Source: Candidatus Micrarchaeota archaeon
Lineage (GTDB): Archaea; Micrarchaeota; Micrarchaeia; Anstonellales; J096
Direction of reading: 5' to 3'
DNA: 64,000 bases
Assembly (NCBI GenBank): GCA_015522475.1
Contig: WAMF01000001.1
Coordinates: forward strand, 36,054-100,053
The notes beneath the pieces were generated by a model. That model saw only the letters and a program-made list of their open reading frames with translations, was not told where the DNA came from and searched no databases. Within the stretch, counting starts at the first letter, position 1. Each line of letters begins with the position of its first letter. The position numbers were made by a program, and so were the translations under genes. Below are positions 57,229 through 64,000 of the stretch, one piece after another.

Positions 57229-58623
57229 TTAAAAAATGATTGTCTTTGTCTTAGTCATCTCAAGAAGGCTTCTCTTTACACCTTCTCGTCCCATACCACT
57301 CTTGCCATTGCCGCCGAAGGGGAAAAAGCCTATGCCGTGTGAAGGAGCAGCATTAAGCGTGACAGAACCGTCGGGCAATTGTCTTGCAAGCCTGAATGCA
57401 TAAGTAAAGTCCCTCGTAAAGATAGCGGAGTCGAGGCCATAACCTGAATCTCGTGCTATAGTTAAGATGTCCTTTTCTGTAAAGTACTCCTGGACAGTAA
57501 CAACGGGCCCGAAAATCTCCTCTTTAGCTATATCCATTCCTTCATTTATATCGACAAGAAGCGTCGGATAATATATGTTGCCGTCACGCTGCCCTCCCAT
57601 GAGAAGCTTAGCGCCTTTCTCAACGGCACCTAAAACGAGTTTGTGCACACGCTCAACAGCTTGCCCGTTTACAAGGGGGCCAATGTTAACCATGGGGTCT
57701 GAAGGATCACCAACTCTATAGCGAGCTATCTCCACTTTTAAAGCATTCACTAGCTCCTGCTTAATCTCCGGATGAACAACAACCTTTGTAATGGCGTCAC
57801 ATCTCTGCCCCGAGAAGGAAAGCGCTCCTTTGGCTATTTCCTTTGCAGCTAGCTGCACATCAGCATCGGGCAAAACAAAGGCAATACCCTTGCCACCCAA
57901 CTCCATTATAAACTTTTTCATGCCTGCCTTCTCGGCAACGAGCTCGCCCACATGCGTAGAACCTGTGAAGTTTATAAGGTCTATAGCGCTGTGAGTTATA
58001 AGCAAAGCCTTAGCATCACTGTCGACGGCGTTCACTGCAGAAACAGCTCCATCAAAGTGCTTAGCCACGAACTCCATAAGTTTCAACGTCGATAAAGCAG
58101 AGGATGAGCTTGCCTTAACAATAACTGCGTTGCCGGCTGCCAAAGCAGGAGCTACTTTTAAGGCAGTCGCAGCCATGGGATAGTTAAAGGGTACGATGGC
58201 AAGCACCTTACCAACGGGCTCTCTATACACAAAGGCTTGTTTCCCTTCCTTGTCAGGCGAGGCGCTGCCGTCGATGTATTGGCCTTCAAGTAAAAGGCGG
58301 GCCTCTGCAGCAGCGTACCTAAAGCGTGTAGCTGTAGCCCCTACCTCATGAAGGGCCGCCTTGTAAGGCTTGCCAATCTCTGAGACAAGGATTTGAGCCA
58401 AAGCCTCTTTGTTTTCCAAAACTTCATCGGCGATAGCCTCTAAAAGCTCTGCCCTTTTCCATACGGGAAAGGACGGCAACTTGAGCGAAGAGATCGCTGC
58501 ATTCACTTCCTGAGCGCTCGTCTTTGGGGCTTTGCCTATAACTTGCCCATCATAAGGGCTCTTCACTTCCATATAAGCAGAGGCCTCAACGCGCCTTCCA
58601 GCTATGATGTTATGAACGTTCAT
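57229..58623 (-). CDS. NAD(P)+-dependent aldehyde dehydrogenase
   Basis: ELGGKG, FSGQRCDA (catalytic Cys) and FTGSTHVG motifs; 464 aa. Confidence 0.8.
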   Translation of the reverse strand: MNVHNIIAGRRVEASAYMEVKSPYDGQVIGKAPKTSAQEVNAAISSLKLPSFPVWKRAELLEAIADEVLENKEALAQILVSEIGKPYKAALHEVGATATRFRYAAAEARLLLEGQYIDGSASPDKEGKQAFVYREPVGKVLAIVPFNYPMAATALKVAPALAAGNAVIVKASSSSALSTLKLMEFVAKHFDGAVSAVNAVDSDAKALLITHSAIDLINFTGSTHVGELVAEKAGMKKFIMELGGKGIAFVLPDADVQLAAKEIAKGALSFSGQRCDAITKVVVHPEIKQELVNALKVEIARYRVGDPSDPMVNIGPLVNGQAVERVHKLVLGAVEKGAKLLMGGQRDGNIYYPTLLVDINEGMDIAKEEIFGPVVTVQEYFTEKDILTIARDSGYGLDSAIFTRDFTYAFRLARQLPDGSVTLNAAPSHGIGFFPFGGNGKSGMGREGVKRSLLEMTKTKTIIF

Positions 58624-58674
58624 GAAATGGCAGTGGTGCGTTAGATTTATTAATGGTTAAGGTGTGGGTATATC

Positions 58675-59967
58675 ATGGATGACAAACCCTTTTATGGCAT
58701 GACCAATGACATGGTTAGCATTGTTCTCGGTTCATTGCTCGTCATAATTGTAATGTCCGCTTTTGGCGCGTTCAGTTGGGCAGCTCAGCCCAGCATGCCA
58801 TCCTATAGCTTGCCGTATACACTCGACGTGAATTACACAGGCGTGAGTTATCACATAGACTATGCCAACCCTCAAGCAATCTGCCTCCTAAACGGTGTTC
58901 TTTACGTGAGCACAGAAGGAAGCATATATGTGAGGGCTGCCACCAACTATAGGTTAGACGTCGATGGATTCAACCAGTTCGCCCTATGCAACGGCGATAA
59001 GGGGTTAGCCGTATTCTACGTTGCAAGAGAGGGTCTGTTTAAACTTCCTTCAAGAGGCTCATTTGACATATACGGAGCTGAAAGCATTGGCTGTGTGAAT
59101 GACTTAGCAGTCGTAGGCGACAAATACGGCGGCATAACAGAGCTGAATTTAAGCAGAATGCAGGGCATACGCATAGGCGGCGGTTACACAACATTCAAGA
59201 GCATAACTGCAATAGCACCTCTCACGCTCAATGGTACATTTATCGGAGCTGTTTTATACGACGGGAAGCTCGCCATAGTGAACAACGTATTAAAGTTGGT
59301 CGGAAGATGCAACGCCTATAAAGGCAAAGTTTTGTCCATGTATACCGTCGGCACACGCCTTTACACGCTCGAAGAAAATGCTAGCGCAAATAGCACTAAC
59401 ACGGGCAAATCCACATACATCGTGACATATCAGACAAGCAACTTATACGGCACATGCACACCTATAGTGGCGAGAGCAGTCAACGCAACGCAGATGCAGC
59501 GCTGCGGTAACCACACATATTTGTTAGAAGGCAACGAATTCAAAGAAGTGAAGTTTCAGCTTTCGCCTTATGTGGAAGAGAACAAAGAAGAGGCGAGTAG
59601 CGAAGGAAACAGCGGAAATGAAAGCAGTGAGCACGAACAGCTAGCAAATGAGTCAATGAATGGCTCAGTTAACGGCAACGGCTCGCTTAACAACTCTACC
59701 AACAACGCAGTGCAGAACCAGACAAGTCAGAATAACATGAACGGCGAAAGTGCTGAACAGGAAAATGCCTTCAAGAGGAAAGAAGGAAAAAACGGAAAGC
59801 TTATCTTAATAGCAAGCATTATTGCCATTTTGGCCGTCATTATCGTAGCTGTAGTCGCTTGGCTCCTAGGCAAAGAAGAGAAAAGAGAATTAAGGCCTGC
59901 TAGGCGCTATGCCAAGAGAAAGCCAGAAAAGAGAGGGCATCATAAGAAGTATTCTTTCAAAAAATGA
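58675..59967 (+). CDS. cell-surface protein with N-terminal signal anchor, Asn/Ser-rich stalk and C-terminal TM anchor
   Basis: N-terminal TM; many N-x-S/T sequons; NGSVNGNGSLNNSTNN stalk; C-terminal hydrophobic helix plus KRKPEKRGHHKK tail, the same C-terminal anchoring style as the 1129-aa protein. Confidence 0.5.
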   Translation: MDDKPFYGMTNDMVSIVLGSLLVIIVMSAFGAFSWAAQPSMPSYSLPYTLDVNYTGVSYHIDYANPQAICLLNGVLYVSTEGSIYVRAATNYRLDVDGFNQFALCNGDKGLAVFYVAREGLFKLPSRGSFDIYGAESIGCVNDLAVVGDKYGGITELNLSRMQGIRIGGGYTTFKSITAIAPLTLNGTFIGAVLYDGKLAIVNNVLKLVGRCNAYKGKVLSMYTVGTRLYTLEENASANSTNTGKSTYIVTYQTSNLYGTCTPIVARAVNATQMQRCGNHTYLLEGNEFKEVKFQLSPYVEENKEEASSEGNSGNESSEHEQLANESMNGSVNGNGSLNNSTNNAVQNQTSQNNMNGESAEQENAFKRKEGKNGKLILIASIIAILAVIIVAVVAWLLGKEEKRELRPARRYAKRKPEKRGHHKKYSFKK

Positions 59968-60050
59968 CACAAAACAGGAGCATAGAGGGACATAGAAACA
60001 ACAAAATAATGACATGGAAGTGCATGGGCTAGCATAGCGTAATAGGAAAG

Positions 60051-60803
60051 GTGCAAATCATGGCAAGAACGCTTGACAAGGCGCACGAAGGCAAATCTAA
60101 AGGTGAGATGAAAAGCAGTGTTGCCGTCGTATTTTCGGGGGGCAAAGATTCGACACTAGCAGCTTTTCTTCTAGGGCAAAGTGGCTTCTCGCCTGTGCTT
60201 GTGACGTTTCTGCCGAGAGAGAAGCACTCTTACATGCTACATGCAGAAAACCTCCATATAACAAAGTACATCGCTGAGGCTATGGGCTATCCCCACTACA
60301 CTTTTGAGGTTTCTGGAGAAAAGGAAAAAGAAGTCGAAGAGATGGAAGTGGCATTAAGCAAACTTTGCACTCAAGGTTCGTTGAAAAAGACGTGCGTAGG
60401 TATAGGAAGCGGCGCCATAGAAAGCGAATACCAACGGTGGCGCCTAGCAGCCATAGCCGATGAGCTTGGCTTAGCAAGCTACAATCCCTTGTGGAAGCGC
60501 TCATATGAAGCAGAGCTCGCCTATAGAGAGATGGATGTGCGCTTTGCCAAAGTAGCGGCTGAAGGGCTGGGTAAAGAGCTCTTGGGCGAGCCCATAACAA
60601 AGCTACCAAAAGACTTCGTCGGACATAGGCTCTTTGAAGGGGGAGAAGCGGAGACTGTTGTGCTAGACGCGCCCTTCTTCAAGAAACGCATCGATGTCGT
60701 AGAAGCAGAAAAAGTCTGGCACGGCAGTTGGGGCGAGTGGATCATAAAAAAGCTTGAGCTTAAAGAGAAGGATAAAGAGAAAGAATATGGCAAAGAGGTA
60801 TAA
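60051..60803 (+). CDS. PP-loop ATPase, diphthine-ammonia ligase (Dph6)-like
   Basis: VAVVFSGGKDST PP-loop at N-terminus; ~250 aa, as in archaeal MJ0570-type proteins. Confidence 0.6.
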   Translation: MQIMARTLDKAHEGKSKGEMKSSVAVVFSGGKDSTLAAFLLGQSGFSPVLVTFLPREKHSYMLHAENLHITKYIAEAMGYPHYTFEVSGEKEKEVEEMEVALSKLCTQGSLKKTCVGIGSGAIESEYQRWRLAAIADELGLASYNPLWKRSYEAELAYREMDVRFAKVAAEGLGKELLGEPITKLPKDFVGHRLFEGGEAETVVLDAPFFKKRIDVVEAEKVWHGSWGEWIIKKLELKEKDKEKEYGKEV

Positions 60804-60805
60804 AA

Positions 60806-61318
60806 ATGGATGAGCAGGAAGGGCAGCATTACTTCCATTATCCGCAAGAAGAGATGAGAAGGCTCTACGAGAAGGGAGAATGGGTCAAACTAGAAAAACG
60901 GTTGTCGGAGGCGCTTGGCGAGGGAAACGTGGAAGCTATGATGCTCCTCCTTTTCTTATACAGTGAACAAAGAGATGTGGAAAAAATAAGAGCTCTTGCC
61001 TTGAAAGCAAAGCAACTCGGCTTCAAAAAGTGGAGTGAGGATATAGAACATATGTTAAAGCCACATGATTTGATTGTAGTAGATATATTAAGACCAAGAT
61101 GTAATAGCAACAAGGTGGCTGAAAAAGGATGTGAAGAAAAAATTGTTGCAACTACAAAACAAAGAGGCACCCTATTCGACTACAAACTCTGTATAAGCAA
61201 GCAAAAATGGAAAGTCTCAGTGCCCTCAAACAAGCGACTTAGAAAGCTCGCACTTATTCAGCTCTCGCCACTTGTCAACGAAACACTTTTAAACTTGTTG
61301 AGAGACGTAGATGGTTGA
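60806..61318 (+). CDS. hypothetical protein
   Basis: 170-aa ORF overlapping the flanking genes by 4 nt on each side, suggesting an operon. Confidence 0.35.
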   Translation: MDEQEGQHYFHYPQEEMRRLYEKGEWVKLEKRLSEALGEGNVEAMMLLLFLYSEQRDVEKIRALALKAKQLGFKKWSEDIEHMLKPHDLIVVDILRPRCNSNKVAEKGCEEKIVATTKQRGTLFDYKLCISKQKWKVSVPSNKRLRKLALIQLSPLVNETLLNLLRDVDG

Positions 61319-62910
61319 GGGATAAAATGGTTGATGGACATTATGACAACATAGACATAAGCATAAAGTCCGAAAAGGAAGCAGAGCTTATGGGAAAAGA
61401 AAACGTGGCTTTAGCAAAAAACATGGGTGTGGAAACAGGCCATTATGTAGCAGTAGTAAACAAGAAGGACCTAAAAACCCTCGACGTGTTTATAGGGGAT
61501 AGAGTTAAAATCACAGCTGGTAAGAAATCCATAGTCTGTGTCGTAGATGCAACCGAATGGATGGTCAAGGAAGGCGAAGTAGGCCTTTCAAAGGAAGCAG
61601 CAGATAAATTAGGCATAAAGAAGGATCACCCCATAAAAGTAAAGGTCATGCCAGCCCCCATTCCCGAGAGCGTCGAAGCAATCGTAAAAAAGATTAATGG
61701 CCAAAGTTTAACGAGAAAGGAGATTGGCTCTATAATCAGAGACCTGATGAGTAATGCCTTAACTGAAGCAGAAATTTCAGCATTCCTCGTCGCAGTGGAG
61801 ATAAACAAGCTCAACATGGACGAGACAGTTGCTTTAACAAACGCCATGGTCAACTCAGGAGCAACACTTGACCTCAATCAAAAGTACATTTTAGATAAGC
61901 ACTGTATAGGGGGTGTAGCAGGTAACAGAACAACAATGGTGCTCGTGCCCATTATTGCAGCTGCTGGCGCTTATATACCCAAAACATCATCTAGAGCTAT
62001 AACATCGCCAGCAGGCACTGCAGATACTATGGAAGTACTTGCCAACGTAGAGTTTAGCATGGAAGAGCTCAGAAAAATCGTGACAAAAACACACGGTGCC
62101 GTTGTATGGGGTGGAGGTGTTAACATAGCACCTGCAGACGACAAAATGATACGCATAAGGCGGCCCCTTCATTTAGATCCTCTCGGTGTCATGCTTGCAA
62201 GCATATTGGGCAAGAAAAAGGCCGTGGGAGCGAAATACCTCATAATTGACATACCTATGGGTAGGGGTGCTAAAGTAGAAGACCAAAACGAAGCTAACAG
62301 GCTGGCAAAGGCATTCAAAGAGACCGGAACAAAGTTGGGCATGAATACGCACGTCCTTATAACAGACGGTTCAGAGCCCATAGGCAACGGCATTGGCCCT
62401 GTCTTGGAGGCTAGAGATGTTCTAAGCGTGCTTTCGGGCAAGGGGCCCATAGACTTGAGAGAAAAATCCTTGCTGCTCGCTGGCAAGCTTCTGGAAACAG
62501 CAGGATTGGCAAAAGAAGGTAAGGGTTATGGTGTGGCAAAAAGAATTCTCGACAGTGGCAAAGCCCTCAAAAAGATGCGCGAAATCATAGAAGCACAGGG
62601 TGGCAATCCGAACATCAGAATCAAAGACCTTCAACCTGGCAAGTTCACAGCCGACATAAAAGCAGAGAAGAAAGGTCGCATAGAGCATATAGATAATAAA
62701 AATATTTCACGTATTGCCAGAGCTGCCGGAGCCCCATCTGACAAAGGAGCAGGAATATACCTCTATAGAGTAAGGGGTGATTTAGTTAGGGAAGGAGATA
62801 AAGTTCTAACCATCTATGCAGAAAGTGAAGAAAAGCTCAGCCAAGCACTAAAGGTGGCCAAAGAGTTCCCGCCCTTCCTAATGGAAAAGCTATTTATAGG
62901 CGAGCTTTAA
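61315..62910 (+). CDS. deoA: AMP phosphorylase / thymidine phosphorylase family protein
   Basis: HCIGGVAGNRTTM, TSSRAITSPAGTADTME and PMGRGAKV motifs of pyrimidine-nucleoside phosphorylase family; ~530 aa with N-terminal extension, as in archaeal AMPpase. Confidence 0.75.
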   Translation: MRDKMVDGHYDNIDISIKSEKEAELMGKENVALAKNMGVETGHYVAVVNKKDLKTLDVFIGDRVKITAGKKSIVCVVDATEWMVKEGEVGLSKEAADKLGIKKDHPIKVKVMPAPIPESVEAIVKKINGQSLTRKEIGSIIRDLMSNALTEAEISAFLVAVEINKLNMDETVALTNAMVNSGATLDLNQKYILDKHCIGGVAGNRTTMVLVPIIAAAGAYIPKTSSRAITSPAGTADTMEVLANVEFSMEELRKIVTKTHGAVVWGGGVNIAPADDKMIRIRRPLHLDPLGVMLASILGKKKAVGAKYLIIDIPMGRGAKVEDQNEANRLAKAFKETGTKLGMNTHVLITDGSEPIGNGIGPVLEARDVLSVLSGKGPIDLREKSLLLAGKLLETAGLAKEGKGYGVAKRILDSGKALKKMREIIEAQGGNPNIRIKDLQPGKFTADIKAEKKGRIEHIDNKNISRIARAAGAPSDKGAGIYLYRVRGDLVREGDKVLTIYAESEEKLSQALKVAKEFPPFLMEKLFIGEL

Positions 62911-62972
62911 ACTTCGCTCCTCTAAAGCCAAAAGCAGCAATCGATGCAGAAATAAGGAGAGTAAGAGAGTAG

Positions 62973-63045
62973 TGCTCCGGCCGGGATTCGAACCCGGGTC
63001 GCTGGCTCGAAAGGCCAGCATCCTTGACCACTAGACGACCGGAGC
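62973..63045 (-). tRNA. tRNA-Glu (anticodon UUC)
   Basis: Minus strand: acceptor GCTCCGG/CCGGAGC+A73, anticodon stem CTGGC/GCCAG with loop CTTTCGA, T-arm CCGGG-TTCGAAT-CCCGG. Confidence 0.8.
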
Positions 63046-63271
63046 TAAGTGGAGCTCAGAGAGCTTAGCCTTTTTTTAGAGAAGAAAACATTTTAAAGGG
63101 CGCTCTTACACCCCTTTACCCTCTATGCAGCTTTGTCTCATGTGGAATTTCTCTATAAGGTACAAACAGTAAGGAGATACAAGGAAAGAAAAGCACAATA
63201 GAAGGGCACGCACCTATGTTTAAAAGCCTTTCCCATAGAGAATATAACGCCTCTTTAAGCGTGGTGATGTT

Positions 63272-63886
63272 ATGTACAAAATAGTAAAGGCAAGAGAAAA
63301 ATTGCGCGTACCACCAGCCTTCTTTAGGCGAGAGAAAGAAGAAGCCATAAAAGAGGTTGTTGAAAAAGAGTATAGGCAAAAAATTGACAAGAACTATGGG
63401 TATGTACTAAACGTCGTGGATGCAGAGCCCATTGGTAAAGGCATAGTAGCACCCGGCGATCCAAATGTGTACTATGAGACAGAGTACACACTCCTAACGT
63501 TCACAGTAGAACCTAATGAAATTGTTGTCGGCATAGTATGCGACGTTATAGAGTTCGGCGCCTTCGTAAATATCGGTCCATTCGAAGCCCTTCTTCATAT
63601 ATCTCAGATAGGAAGAGAGAAATTTATATTGGATAAAAAAAGCAAAGCCCTCGTCAACAAAGACAGAACGAAGGCACTCAAAAAAGGCGATGTTATATTG
63701 GCTAAGGTCTCATCTGTAAGTTTCAAAGGGACGGTAGCTGACGTAAAGATAGGCCTTACGATGAGAGGACCAGGGCTTGGCAAGTTGGATTGGTTATTAG
63801 GAAAGAGTGAAAAGAAAGCTAAGGCAACAAAGTCGACGGCAAAAGCCAGCTCGAGCAAAGGCAAGAAAGGAGGCAAGAGAAGGTGA
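63272..63886 (+). CDS. rpoE: DNA-directed RNA polymerase subunit E' (Rpo7)
   Basis: N-terminal Rpo7 fold (LRVPPAFF...) and S1 domain (EIVVGIVCDVIEFGAFVNIGPFEALLHISQI). Confidence 0.85.
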   Translation: MYKIVKAREKLRVPPAFFRREKEEAIKEVVEKEYRQKIDKNYGYVLNVVDAEPIGKGIVAPGDPNVYYETEYTLLTFTVEPNEIVVGIVCDVIEFGAFVNIGPFEALLHISQIGREKFILDKKSKALVNKDRTKALKKGDVILAKVSSVSFKGTVADVKIGLTMRGPGLGKLDWLLGKSEKKAKATKSTAKASSSKGKKGGKRR

Positions 63887-64000
63887 AGGCTTGTAGACAA
63901 TGTAAGGCCATTGTGAAAAATGCCACAAAATGCCCTATATGTGGAAGCGAGGACCTAACAGAGAAGTGGTACGGCCTCGTAATTGTGCTCAATCCAGAGA
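63883..64000 (+). CDS. spt4: Spt4 / RNA polymerase subunit E'' (partial, runs off window)
   Basis: GTG start overlapping the rpo7 stop; CRQC...CPICGS...W.GLVIVLNPE zinc-ribbon pattern. Confidence 0.5.
   Translation, partial: MKACRQCKAIVKNATKCPICGSEDLTEKWYGLVIVLNPE

Noticed and set aside
1-64000. CRISPR arrays, IS elements, integrases
   Set aside because: I looked for short regularly spaced direct repeats and for transposase/integrase-like ORFs and found none. The only notable DNA repeats are the intragenic tbp repeat and the N-terminal similarity between the two repeat-module genes.

Overview
Archaeal chromosomal segment, roughly mid-40s % GC and densely coded. Support for an archaeal origin: TBP, Alba, Rpo7/Spt4, RpoN, the L18e-L13-S9 block, L21e and an intron-containing tRNA-Tyr with a C1:G72 pair. 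A three-unit tRNA-splicing endonuclease and a compact ribosomal operon lacking rpoK/eno suggest a reduced, possibly DPANN-like genome, but this is not provable from the sequence alone. I find about 70 protein genes, five clear tRNAs (Ser-CGA; Tyr-GUA with a canonical anticodon-loop intron; Arg-GCG; Leu-CAG; Glu-UUC; none encodes CCA) and one further candidate, a tRNA-Pro(GGG) carrying a ~30-nt insertion in the T-loop. Most of the window is housekeeping: translation and transcription genes (uS2, RpoN, uS9, uL13, eL18, eL21, TBP, Alba, Rpo7, Spt4, DUF655, GatB, TsaC, TrmI-like, Dph6-like, EndA); replication and repair (Lhr helicase, RFC large subunit); and metabolism (dCTP deaminase, Ham1 ITPase, UMP-kinase-like, thioredoxin reductase, aldehyde dehydrogenase, AMP/thymidine phosphorylase, SufB/D, M24 peptidase, ferredoxins). 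Candidates for something new: (1) an unrecognised protein family with internally duplicated beta-rich modules, present once as a fused 535-aa gene and once as a split gene pair, flanking a GC-rich structured RNA candidate; (2) a T-loop-interrupted tRNA-Pro in the same genome as an epsilon-like three-unit EndA; (3) a polytopic-membrane-anchored tandem AAA+ (CDC48-like) ATPase; (4) a cluster of three class-III-signal-peptide (type IV pilin-like) genes plus a polytopic membrane protein; (5) a 1129-aa beta-helix surface protein rich in N-glycosylation sequons and three paralogous membrane-anchored bPH-domain proteins. No CRISPR array, IS element or integrase was detected.
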